From Candidatus Hodarchaeota archaeon (GTDB taxonomy: Archaea > Asgardarchaeota > Lokiarchaeia > Sigyniarchaeales > SOKP01), in NCBI GenBank assembly GCA_048886685.1, contig JBHLKM010000014.1, positions 1-64,000 on the forward strand: a stretch of DNA of 64,000 bases, written 5' to 3'. A program made the translations under genes and the position numbers. The stretch's first letter is position 1; each line of letters starts with the position of its first letter. Positions 26,921-36,664 of this stretch are shown here, piece after piece. The notes beneath the pieces are model-generated. The model searched no databases. It was not told the origin of the DNA and saw only the letters and a list, made by a program, of their open reading frames with translations.

Positions 26921-27568
26921 ATGTCTGAACTTAAACCAGGAGAAATAGAAGTTGTAAGAACAAGAAGTTCACAAGTAACAATTCATATTGCAGGAGGAGC
27001 CATCTTTGGAGCACTTTCTGCAGTTGTATCATTTGTGCTTTCACCAATCATAAATGCTTCAAGGATTCCCGGTTGGCAAATTGCAATGTTTGATCCAACA
27101 TCATGGGTGTGGATTATTTGTTTTTTGATATTTGGGGTTTATTCTGGACTAATATGCTGCTGTACGGGTGCTATTGGATTGTTACTAATTGATCCAAGTG
27201 GGTGGGTCGGTCCTCTCTTCAAATTTTCTGCTACAGTTCCCCTGATACTAATTCCTTTCTTTATCTTCAAACTAAACGAAAGCCAGAAGTTAAAAGATCC
27301 AAAAAATTTTGTGATTAGTGGAGCAATAAGTACATTGGTAAGGATAGCAATAATGTTACCATTAAACTTGCTCTTTTTTGCAACGATATGGTCAGAGTGG
27401 TTTGAATTTATGGATCTAGAAATAATCGGTCTTGGTAATATTACAGGTTTATCAGCTGTTTTAATTTTTAATCCAATAATTAATCTTTATACTAGCGCTT
27501 TAGATCTCACAGTTCCTTACTTCCTTGTATTTGGACCAAAACTAGATGAAAAATTTGGATTTTGGTAA
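26921..27568 (+). CDS. ECF transporter substrate-binding (S) component-like membrane protein
   Basis: About 6 TM helices; GAIFGALSAVV N-terminal helix; FDP motif; LVRIAIMLPLN. Confidence 0.7.
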   Translation: MSELKPGEIEVVRTRSSQVTIHIAGGAIFGALSAVVSFVLSPIINASRIPGWQIAMFDPTSWVWIICFLIFGVYSGLICCCTGAIGLLLIDPSGWVGPLFKFSATVPLILIPFFIFKLNESQKLKDPKNFVISGAISTLVRIAIMLPLNLLFFATIWSEWFEFMDLEIIGLGNITGLSAVLIFNPIINLYTSALDLTVPYFLVFGPKLDEKFGFW

Positions 27569-27758
27569 AAAAATAATTTTTTTTTCTTTTTTCTTCTTTA
27601 AACTTATTCTAAACTAGAATAATAGTATATTTATTTCTTATATTTTGCTGTAAGGTGATAATCATTTGATCTCCTTTAAATAAATATACAAATAAATAAT
27701 ATTCATAACTTTCTATTTTATATTATTTTTTAATTTAAATATTTAGGAGAGGTTTATA

Positions 27759-28544
27759 ATTTCAGAAAAAGATTATAAAGATATTATTTTCAATATGGAT
27801 TCAGGAGTTTGCACCATAACTCTCAATCGTCCAAACAAACTAAACGCTTTACGGTTTCCTACGATAGAGGAAATTTTAGATGTTTTTGAATCTATAAGGA
27901 AAAATGAATCTATTCGGGCTATTGTTTTTAATGGATCTGGCAGATCATTTTGTTCAGGTGATGATTTAGAAAATATGGGTAAGTCTACACCACTCGATCC
28001 TAAATTTAGCTTACCACATCATAAGCTTATTTACTTAATAAGAGAGGTTCAAGTACCTATTATAGCTCTATTGCATGGATATTGCTTGGGTGCAGGATTC
28101 GAGTTGGCACTTGCTTGTGATTTTCGATTAGCAGCAGATAATCTAGAAATGGGAGATCATCGAATAACAAGAGCAATTTGTATGTTGCATGGTGCAAGTT
28201 GGTTTCTTCCTAGATTAATAGGTCTTGCACGAGCAGCAGAAATAGTATATACTGGACGACATTTAGATGCAGAGGAAGCACTCAAGATAGGATTAGTAAA
28301 TAAAGTCTATCCTTTAGATGAATTCAATGAAAAATCTAAAGAATTTATAGAAAAAATTGCACAAATGCCGACTAGATGTTTCGGTTATAATAAAGCTATG
28401 CTAAATTATTCATTTGTTAATGATCTCACTAGTTCATTACAAAATGAAGCCTATTTATTTAATGAGAACATGAAGACAGATGATTCTAGGGAGGGTCATA
28501 AATCCTTTCTTGAGAAACGAGAACCAAAATTTAGGGGAAGGTGA
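27759..28544 (+). CDS. Enoyl-CoA hydratase/isomerase (crotonase) family protein
   Basis: ITLNRPNKLNA, FCSGDD, GAGFELALACD, FLEKREPKF. Probable ATT start at 27759 after GGAGAGG; the first ATG is at 27795. Confidence 0.88.
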   Translation: MSEKDYKDIIFNMDSGVCTITLNRPNKLNALRFPTIEEILDVFESIRKNESIRAIVFNGSGRSFCSGDDLENMGKSTPLDPKFSLPHHKLIYLIREVQVPIIALLHGYCLGAGFELALACDFRLAADNLEMGDHRITRAICMLHGASWFLPRLIGLARAAEIVYTGRHLDAEEALKIGLVNKVYPLDEFNEKSKEFIEKIAQMPTRCFGYNKAMLNYSFVNDLTSSLQNEAYLFNENMKTDDSREGHKSFLEKREPKFRGR

Positions 28545-28614
28545 TAATTTCAAATAACCCGCCATTTATTAAAAGACTATTCAAGTTTATAATTTAAGAA
28601 TAATTTTCAATGAT

Positions 28615-29877
28615 ATGGAAATTTCAAAAGAGATACAAGAATTTCTGCTAGATGAAGTTGTAGAGCGTTTTTTAAGATATGTTAAAATTTGGACTACTTC
28701 AGATGAAAATGGGGAAACTGTCCCCACTACAAAAAACCAATTTGATTTAGGAAAATTATTAGTTGAAGAACTAAAGGCACTAAACTTGAAAGATATAATT
28801 CATAATCAATATGGATTTGTGTACGCATATCTACCCCCCAGTGAAGGATTTGAAAAGACAACTCCAATTGGTTTATTAGCTCATTTAGATACATATTATG
28901 GTGTAAGTGGAAAGGATGTAAAACCTGTTATTCATAGGAATTATGATGGTAATGTCATAAAATATGCCCAAGACAAAGGATTAAAATTGCATTTTAATGA
29001 CTCTCCATTGTTAGAAAAATATATTGGTCTCGATATCATAACATCTGAGGGAGATACCTTATTAGGGACGGATGATAAAGCGGGGATCGCAGAAATAATG
29101 ACAGCTTGTGCCGCATGGAGTAAATATCCTGAATTAATACATGGACCAATATCTATTTGTTTTACCCCAGACGAAGAAACAGGATTAGGAATAGCTAAAG
29201 TCGATGAAAAAAGACTTCCAAAAATATGTTATACTGTTGATGGCGGACAAATGGGAGAATTAGAGTATGAATGTTTTGATGCGTGGCGAGCTAAATTTAA
29301 ATTCAAAGGATTAAATGTCCATCCGGGGTACGCAAAAAGCAAGATGATCAACGCAATCGAAATTGCAAGTAGATTTTTTAGCGAACTCCCTGAAGCTGAA
29401 TCACCACAACATACAGAAAAAAGAGAAGGTTATTATCATTTAACCAAACTTCAAGGAAATCCAGAAGAAGCAACAGCGAAAGTAATAATTAGAGATTTTG
29501 ATGAAAAAAATAATCACAAACGGATGGATTATATAAAAAAATTAAAGGATGCATATGAAATCAGGTATCCAGGATTAGAAATCCAAGTAGAATTCTTGCA
29601 CCAATACCAGAATATGATAAAATTTTTAGAAAAAAAACAAATTATTATCGATTTAGCTAAACAAGCGATAGAAAACTCAGGATTAGAAATAATAATGCAT
29701 CCTATACGGGGTGGGACTGATGGTTCTAGATTAAGTGCAAAAGGAATTCTCACCCCAAATATATTTACAGGTGGATTAATGTTTCATTCAAGAAAGGAGC
29801 ATATACCCACTCTAGCTTTACAGAAAGCTACCGAAGTTTTAATATATTTAGCGGAATTATGGGCAAAAGAAAAATAG
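28615..29877 (+). CDS. pepT: Peptidase T (tripeptidase, M20B)
   Basis: AHLDT, LGTDDKAG, FTPDEE, HPGYAK, IRGGTDG. Confidence 0.93.
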   Translation: MEISKEIQEFLLDEVVERFLRYVKIWTTSDENGETVPTTKNQFDLGKLLVEELKALNLKDIIHNQYGFVYAYLPPSEGFEKTTPIGLLAHLDTYYGVSGKDVKPVIHRNYDGNVIKYAQDKGLKLHFNDSPLLEKYIGLDIITSEGDTLLGTDDKAGIAEIMTACAAWSKYPELIHGPISICFTPDEETGLGIAKVDEKRLPKICYTVDGGQMGELEYECFDAWRAKFKFKGLNVHPGYAKSKMINAIEIASRFFSELPEAESPQHTEKREGYYHLTKLQGNPEEATAKVIIRDFDEKNNHKRMDYIKKLKDAYEIRYPGLEIQVEFLHQYQNMIKFLEKKQIIIDLAKQAIENSGLEIIMHPIRGGTDGSRLSAKGILTPNIFTGGLMFHSRKEHIPTLALQKATEVLIYLAELWAKEK

Positions 29878-29892
29878 AAACTGCTATTAATT

Positions 29893-30678
29893 TTATTTAT
29901 TCAATTTTATAAATGTTCCTAAAGCTATATCACCTTCAAGTTGCACGCACTTTTTATATTTATCGTCACTCCAAGGAATTTTCCACCCTTCAAGAGGATT
30001 GTAATAACTATAAAAAATTGCTCCAAATTTTATATTATATTGATTACATATTGTAGCGAGGACATTAAGTTCCCCATTTTCAATTGATATACAACCCTTT
30101 TTTCTTATATCATAAATTTCTTCTTTATTTATTTGATAAAACGCTTCTTTACAAAAATTTTTCCCGATATGATAATTATCAGTTCTTTTTTTCGTTTCAT
30201 CAATCAACGCTTCTACAACTATTTCATTCAAAGCAGTTTCTTCATCTTTTTCTCGACCATAATGTATTGATGTTCCATCCAAACCCAATCCATGTGTAGG
30301 AATTATATAATCGAGTAATTTAACATTTTCACCAATTCCCCATGATCCACACACTAATAAAATAGTTTTTGCTCCACAATTAATCAAATCTTCAGCAATT
30401 GATGATATTGGAGAAGCACCCATCGGAGGGATTACTACTGTAATTAATATCTCTTGGAATTGTCCCCGATATATTTGTTCTGGTGCTGCATAGGGATGAA
30501 ATGGCATTAACCAGTCATAATTCTTCAGATTAGCTTCTTTACTTAAATAAGTTAAAAGGAATTCAGAAAAAATAATCAAAATGTTAGGGTTTACTTCGAA
30601 ATCTTTCATACTTTTATTAGAGTTTTTAATTGCTTCCCTAATTACATCAACAGAGGAAATACATAAGTTTTCTTTCAT
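29893..30678 (-). CDS. Purine/uridine nucleoside phosphorylase family protein (divergent)
   Basis: MGAS...AEDLINCGAK, GS-x-G, DGTS-x-HY. Likely start is ATG 30678. Confidence 0.7.
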   Translation of the reverse strand: MKENLCISSVDVIREAIKNSNKSMKDFEVNPNILIIFSEFLLTYLSKEANLKNYDWLMPFHPYAAPEQIYRGQFQEILITVVIPPMGASPISSIAEDLINCGAKTILLVCGSWGIGENVKLLDYIIPTHGLGLDGTSIHYGREKDEETALNEIVVEALIDETKKRTDNYHIGKNFCKEAFYQINKEEIYDIRKKGCISIENGELNVLATICNQYNIKFGAIFYSYYNPLEGWKIPWSDDKYKKCVQLEGDIALGTFIKLNK

Positions 30679-30727
30679 TAAGGAACCCACCCACATAAAG
30701 ATTAATATATATGTAAAAAAAGTAAAC

Positions 30728-31972
30728 TTAAAAGGATTTTCTGTCTTTTTGAATAATTTTAGAAAAATCTGTATTGACAAACACAATGATGAATATCAAT
30801 AATAGAATTGCTGTATATAGGAAAGCCCAGGTAAATGAAAATGTATCATAAACAAAACCAAAAAGTAAGGATTCAACTAAAGAGATAAGTCCTACAGAAA
30901 GATAGTAATATCCATAAGCTCGACCTCTTTTATTTTTACCAGCTAAATCAGCAATATAAGCTCTTGATATAGGATCTACAGACGCTAAGTAGAAACCATA
31001 CATAACATAAATAGTAATGATAATTGTAATTGAAAATAGCGAAGATTTAATTGGGAATGCTAAAATTATACAAGAAATCAATAAAATTGATAATCCACCT
31101 ACAATCATAGGCTTACGTCCAACTTTATCTGATAAAGACCCCGTTATCGGAGACAAAACCATATATATTATGTTTGTTAGTAAATAAAAAAGAGGTATTA
31201 GAAAAATTAAATTTGAATAAATAAAATCTATGGATCTTGCTTGTAGGAATGCTATATCTAAGCTTGCAAATTCAATTACTCCAAGAATTATAATAAGTTT
31301 TATAAAATTTTTATCAATCTTATCTACTTTAGGTTCACCATAATATTTTAACTTAGTTTCATCTAATTTTGTTGGATCAACATCTTGTATTAGAAATATT
31401 AATATTATGGCACAAATACCAGGAAATATAGAAAAAAAGATTATTTGAGAATAGCTCCATGCCCAAAATAATAAAAGAGATGCCAAAAGGGAACCTATTA
31501 CTGCTCCAAATGTATCCATTGCACGATGCATTCCAAAAGCTTTTCCTTTTTCAATTGAATAAAAAGAAATCAGTGTATCTCGAGATGATGTCCTTAGACC
31601 TTTACCAAATCGATCTGTTGCTTTTAATCCTAATACATATTCCCAAGAAGGGCTAAAACCTATAAGTGGCTTAGAAAGATTAGAGACAGTATATCCCGCT
31701 ACAACAAAAGGTTTTCTTTTATTAATCTTGTCACTCATCCATCCCGAGACACCTTTTAAAATGTTAGCTAGAGCTGTTGTTACTCCTGCAATTAATCCTA
31801 AATAAAAAGCTGGATTCCTTGGCACTAGATCTATGATAAATAAAGAAAGGATGCTCTGGATCATCTCACTGGATACATCAGTAAAAAAGGAGACCAGCCC
31901 CATTAAAAAGACAGGAACAGAAACACCTAAAATTAGTCGTGTTTTATGATGAAACCTACCTTCTTCAGTCAT
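30728..31972 (-). CDS. MFS transporter
   Basis: About 12 TM helices; DVSSEM, GWMSDKINKRK, DRFGKGLR, GSLSDKVGRK. Confidence 0.9.
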   Translation of the reverse strand: MTEEGRFHHKTRLILGVSVPVFLMGLVSFFTDVSSEMIQSILSLFIIDLVPRNPAFYLGLIAGVTTALANILKGVSGWMSDKINKRKPFVVAGYTVSNLSKPLIGFSPSWEYVLGLKATDRFGKGLRTSSRDTLISFYSIEKGKAFGMHRAMDTFGAVIGSLLASLLLFWAWSYSQIIFFSIFPGICAIILIFLIQDVDPTKLDETKLKYYGEPKVDKIDKNFIKLIIILGVIEFASLDIAFLQARSIDFIYSNLIFLIPLFYLLTNIIYMVLSPITGSLSDKVGRKPMIVGGLSILLISCIILAFPIKSSLFSITIIITIYVMYGFYLASVDPISRAYIADLAGKNKRGRAYGYYYLSVGLISLVESLLFGFVYDTFSFTWAFLYTAILLLIFIIVFVNTDFSKIIQKDRKSF

Positions 31973-32030
31973 ATTATCAAAAATCTTTTAATTAAATAAA
32001 TATAATAAAAATAATTGAATAAAATAAATT

Positions 32031-32726
32031 GTGATTCCAGTGGGAGAAGAAAAAAAAACTTTAAGCGCTCTTGATGAAACAATTCAAGCTGCTGAATCAA
32101 GTTTCAAAGAATTTATTGAGGTGTTAGAGACTTCAAGAAATGCCTTATTAAAACTCGAGAGCGATAAAGAAGAGCTTAGTAAAGAGAAAGAAAAACTCGA
32201 AGAAGAAAAAAAATATTTAGAACAAGAAAAAGGTTCTTTAGAAAATGAAAAGCAACAGTTAGAAAAAGATAAAAAGAAATTAGAAGAAGAAACGAAGAAA
32301 CTGGAAATTGAAAAACAAGAAAGGGATCAAAAAATTGGTTCACTCACGGAAGAACAAATGAAATTATTAGACGAATATCAAAAAGTCAAAGTCGAATTAT
32401 CAAAATTTATGAAAGCTGCGGAGGAAGCAGAAAGCGCAGAATATAATTTTGAGAGAGTTAGGGCTTTACTTTCTATTTATACAGTCTTGGTTTCGGATAT
32501 ATGGTCTGGACAGGCTCATTATCGAATTTTATTAACACTCCATGGAGATAAAGAAGTAATGACAAGAGATGAGTTAAAAACAACATTAGGTATAGGGGGT
32601 GCTTTCGTATTACATTCTGTGCAGGAGTTAGCCAAAGTAGGATTAGTAGAATATGATATGGATACTAATACCGTAAAATTAAAAGAACGTTTATTCCCAA
32701 AAAAGGCATTAGAGGAAAAAAAGTAA
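32031..32726 (+). CDS. Coiled-coil protein with a C-terminal winged-helix domain
   Basis: LE-x-EK heptad array, then MTRDELKTTLG...VQELAKVGLVEY. Confidence 0.7.
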   Translation: MIPVGEEKKTLSALDETIQAAESSFKEFIEVLETSRNALLKLESDKEELSKEKEKLEEEKKYLEQEKGSLENEKQQLEKDKKKLEEETKKLEIEKQERDQKIGSLTEEQMKLLDEYQKVKVELSKFMKAAEEAESAEYNFERVRALLSIYTVLVSDIWSGQAHYRILLTLHGDKEVMTRDELKTTLGIGGAFVLHSVQELAKVGLVEYDMDTNTVKLKERLFPKKALEEKK

Positions 32727-32750
32727 CATTTCTGATAATTTAGTATATTT

Positions 32751-33800
32751 TTATTTAGTTATAACCATCTCGTGGAGTGTTACTCCTTTTTCTGAGTGAA
32801 GTTTCCCATCAATGCGTATATTAAGTTGAAATTTAGAATTTAACCGAAAATAACCAGGTTTTAATCTTAAGAGATTTTTTGCTAAGAAACGTGTTACGGG
32901 GCCTAATTCATAAAGTAAATTATCAGCATCAATGATCTCTTGAACTTGGAGGATAATTTCACCACGACTATCAAAATTAAACTTTAAAACTTTCGGATAT
33001 TTATTTCCAGCTCTTTCATTATATTCAAAATCGTTTTGAAACAGTTCATATTCACCTGTACTAAGGATTGCCTTTTCATTTTTAGCTATCATAAACACCT
33101 GTATTGGATAATTATCCATTTTTTTATTACATTTTATATAAGCAAAAATGACCGTAAAATTATCAGAATATATTCTTCCCCAATACCAATAATCAATTAT
33201 CAATGCAAAATTAAAATTTAACCAATTATGGTCATGATATCCTATACCTTTTACTATGATAGTCTCATTGTTAACTTTAATAGTTCCTTCAACATCTGCT
33301 CGAGGTAGAGCAACAGCCCAACCAAATTGATTTGATTTCCCGAATTCGATATAGCCTTCTCCGGGCTTCCAGCCCTGAACTTTGGCAGTATATTTTAAAT
33401 GAAGCCCATAATTACCTTCATCTAAAAAAATTTCATACTTAGGAAATTCCTTGTTAGAATAATCCACTTTTATGTAATTTTCACCAATTTGTACATCAGC
33501 TATATCTTGGGAAGCTCTAAGATCAGAATGAAGATAATCGATTACTTTCTGTATTTTCTCTCCATTGGGCTTATAGATCGTTATCTCTACCCCTGTTTTC
33601 CCTGTTCGTTCGTGCTTTGCGCGAAAAAATCCTACGACTGTATATCCATTATCAAGACGTGCATCAAAATACCACCATTCTCTTGTTCCTTTCTTATTCA
33701 TATCGATGTGTAATGCATCGTCTTTTGGTTTGATTGGAATAATTTGACCGTCCTTTCTACCTGGTCCTAACCAGGATTCTTTGATTTTTGTACCCATCAC
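32751..33800 (-). CDS. AttH/CrtC-like (lipocalin-fold) hydratase/cyclase family protein
   Basis: EWWYFD, GIGYHDHNW, WYWGR. Confidence 0.75.
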   Translation of the reverse strand: MMGTKIKESWLGPGRKDGQIIPIKPKDDALHIDMNKKGTREWWYFDARLDNGYTVVGFFRAKHERTGKTGVEITIYKPNGEKIQKVIDYLHSDLRASQDIADVQIGENYIKVDYSNKEFPKYEIFLDEGNYGLHLKYTAKVQGWKPGEGYIEFGKSNQFGWAVALPRADVEGTIKVNNETIIVKGIGYHDHNWLNFNFALIIDYWYWGRIYSDNFTVIFAYIKCNKKMDNYPIQVFMIAKNEKAILSTGEYELFQNDFEYNERAGNKYPKVLKFNFDSRGEIILQVQEIIDADNLLYELGPVTRFLAKNLLRLKPGYFRLNSKFQLNIRIDGKLHSEKGVTLHEMVITK

Positions 33801-33835
33801 AATTTAATCTCATAATTATTTTAATAACGTAAAAT

Positions 33836-34252
33836 CTACTCATCATAATTTGTTAAGAACTTAATTCCTTGCAATAATATAAGCAATTTTCTGATTCCAC
33901 GCATTTTTATTTTACGTATTAACCATTTTTTTGCAACTCCGAAGAGTGAAAGCCGATTCATAACAATAGCAAGGAAAGTTTGGGTATCCATCTGTAAAAA
34001 TGCATCCCAACCTACATTTCGCTTTTTTAAATTTTCTTTTGGTTTATTGGGAATGCTCTCAACTCTTATTATTCCCTTATCAATTATAATAATTGCTGCA
34101 TGGTTTAAGTTTAAAGCATTTAAGAGAATTTTAACTTGAAGATTAGCAAACTTCTCTTGAAATTTCTTGTTTTCATTTAAAGGCATTAAGATGCTATTGA
34201 TTAGAATTGCGAAACCCCTAATTTTTTTATTTTCTTGGCTTGATTTTACCAT
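33836..34252 (-). CDS. SCP2 sterol/lipid-binding-like protein
   Basis: DAFLQMDTQTFLAI...WLIRKIKMRG pattern. Confidence 0.6.
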   Translation of the reverse strand: MVKSSQENKKIRGFAILINSILMPLNENKKFQEKFANLQVKILLNALNLNHAAIIIIDKGIIRVESIPNKPKENLKKRNVGWDAFLQMDTQTFLAIVMNRLSLFGVAKKWLIRKIKMRGIRKLLILLQGIKFLTNYDE

Positions 34253-34304
34253 GTGAATTCTCCTAATCTCTTTGTTTTTATCCGTTTCAACTTTTTTTTT
34301 ACCT

Positions 34305-35069
34305 TTATTGATGCTTTAGAAACATTAAGATCTCATTCTTAAATTGTTGATCGATGACAACTGAGAGATGATCCTTGTTAGGTATTCTTACCAATTGAGC
34401 ACCAGGTATTGCATTTGCGAGTTTTTGATCACTTTTGACGTATGGATCGTCATTTTCACCGTTTATTATGAGGACTGGGATGTCAACATCAGCCAACCCA
34501 ACACCTCCGAGCTGAATAGGATATCCCTCAGACCACATTTGAAGGGCTGACAAGGCAAGTGCCTCACGGTCGTTATTTGGGTTTAAATCGACATAAGCTC
34601 GGAAAGCACGTCCGAAGTGATTAGTAATATGTGAAGGATCCTTTGCTCGTAATGCGTCAGCTATGAAGCGTGCATCCTTGCTTTCTTCAGTCTCATCTCC
34701 AATACCACCCATGATCACAGATGTCAATCTCTCTCTTTTATGCCCTAGCAGGTGAGTCGCCATGAAAGCACCCATGGAATAACCAAAGAGATCAGCTTTA
34801 GCAATATTAAGATGATCCATAACACATAAAACATCTCGGGCCATAATGCTATAACTATAGATCTTTTGATCGTATGGTTTATCACTCTGACCATGACCTC
34901 TGCAATCTAATGCAATCACTCTTCTTATCGACAGGAGATCTTTCACCCAACCTGTGTCCACCCAATTCTGCTTCAAATCTGTCCCCCAACCATGTATTAA
35001 TACAATCGGTTTACCTTTACCAAAAGTCTCGTAATAGATCTGTAAACCCTCTGAAATTGTATATGGCAT
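34305..35069 (-). CDS. Alpha/beta hydrolase
   Basis: LIHG, DCRGHGQS, GYSMG nucleophile elbow, GENDD, DH. Confidence 0.9.
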   Translation of the reverse strand: MPYTISEGLQIYYETFGKGKPIVLIHGWGTDLKQNWVDTGWVKDLLSIRRVIALDCRGHGQSDKPYDQKIYSYSIMARDVLCVMDHLNIAKADLFGYSMGAFMATHLLGHKRERLTSVIMGGIGDETEESKDARFIADALRAKDPSHITNHFGRAFRAYVDLNPNNDREALALSALQMWSEGYPIQLGGVGLADVDIPVLIINGENDDPYVKSDQKLANAIPGAQLVRIPNKDHLSVVIDQQFKNEILMFLKHQ

Positions 35070-35086
35070 TATTATTTTACACCTTA

Positions 35087-36664
35087 TTATTTATTTAATT
35101 CCTTTAAACTTGAAATATAATATCCACTATCAGATATATTATTAGGATCGAATACTTCTTTTATTTTTCTCAACCATATATGATAATTTGACATGTGGGG
35201 ACCAAAAAGTTCATGCATTCGGTTTCCTTCAACAAAAAAGGGCGCACCAAGATGCTTTAGCAAATCCATTTGATTACTTTTTTCCATGTATTCAGCCATT
35301 CCTTCAACACTCTTCTTATCAGTTTGATCAAACATAGTGGGGGCTTCCATATGAAAATAGTGTCCTGATTCATATGAACTCATCCATGTACCCTCTCCAA
35401 AATCATTTGCAATTACTCCTTTTTTAAGGAACTCCTGCTTTAAAGAGATATTCGATTTTGCACTTCGAAGGCATACATTTGCACTATCAGCAACACCTTT
35501 AGAAGACTGAAATCCTCCGGTTGCAATAAAACCATGTAAGCCTAAATTTGAACGAAGGGCCTCAGCATAAAAAATTGGATTGGGGGTATAGAACCTTCCG
35601 ATAATATTTTCTAAGTTTAATTCTTCTAGTAAGAAATCCATTACTTTCTGTTTATATTCAAATTCTCGTTTTGTACGAGCAGCTATTAATACTACTAACG
35701 GAGTTTTCATTCTCCCGATAACTATTTTATCCATCAAGCTCTCAATTGAATTGGAAAATATTGCCATAACAGCGAAACCAGATAAAAAACTACACATAAA
35801 TGATATTTCTTCCTCTTCAACTCTCAACATTGTAGATTCAAGCTTTTTAAAATTTCCACAATCCATAACATATAATTTCATGAAATCTGGGATGTCAAAA
35901 TCATAATTTGGTGAATATCCTTTAAGCTTAAAATCTGTTTTACAAGGATATGGAAACAATTTTACCGCAACTTTAGTGAATACTCCGAGTCCCGATTTTG
36001 TGCCCGCCCATCCTCTCATAACTCCTCTTAATGATGGACCAGGTCCATCTCCATGGAACCAATCAGGATTGTTTTTTAGACCATATGATCCTAGTTTCAT
36101 AATCTCCCCATCAGGTAATACCCATTCTACAGCTAAAACATTTCTTGCACTATGTCCTGTAGAAGGAGATGTAAATCCCGGACCGTTCATCGATGTAGCA
36201 CTGGCAAGGGGAGACACTTGAGGTCCTGCTCCAGGCATGTGGCAGGTGAGATTAAATTTCATTATTTCGACTTGAAGCTGGGCTCCACTAACATATGGTT
36301 CAATAACAGAATAAAGGTTTTTCTCATCAATTTTAACAATTCTATTCATTCGACGAAGATCTATAATAATAGAATTATCGGAAGAAGGCTGATTCCAAGG
36401 TCCTAATCCAGTAGATTGTGCCTTAAATTTTATATCATGATTATTACATAATTTTACTATGTTTTGGACTTCTTCTGTAGATGATGGTAACACAACTGCT
36501 TTGGGTGTTGGTGAGAATGGGATTGGTTCTTTACCGTCCATATAATTAAATATTTCCATACACCAATTATAGGCATACACATTAGTGATAACTTCTCCAT
36601 CATTAATGTTTTCCACTCCAACCACTGCTTCAAATTCTTTAAGAATCTCCTCCTCCAATACCAT
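35087..36664 (-). CDS. FAD-binding oxidoreductase (VAO/PCMH/GlcD family)
   Basis: VVLPSSTEEV, IDLRRMNRI, VIEP, EWVLPDG, KEVFDPNN. Confidence 0.85.
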   Translation of the reverse strand: MVLEEEILKEFEAVVGVENINDGEVITNVYAYNWCMEIFNYMDGKEPIPFSPTPKAVVLPSSTEEVQNIVKLCNNHDIKFKAQSTGLGPWNQPSSDNSIIIDLRRMNRIVKIDEKNLYSVIEPYVSGAQLQVEIMKFNLTCHMPGAGPQVSPLASATSMNGPGFTSPSTGHSARNVLAVEWVLPDGEIMKLGSYGLKNNPDWFHGDGPGPSLRGVMRGWAGTKSGLGVFTKVAVKLFPYPCKTDFKLKGYSPNYDFDIPDFMKLYVMDCGNFKKLESTMLRVEEEEISFMCSFLSGFAVMAIFSNSIESLMDKIVIGRMKTPLVVLIAARTKREFEYKQKVMDFLLEELNLENIIGRFYTPNPIFYAEALRSNLGLHGFIATGGFQSSKGVADSANVCLRSAKSNISLKQEFLKKGVIANDFGEGTWMSSYESGHYFHMEAPTMFDQTDKKSVEGMAEYMEKSNQMDLLKHLGAPFFVEGNRMHELFGPHMSNYHIWLRKIKEVFDPNNISDSGYYISSLKELNK

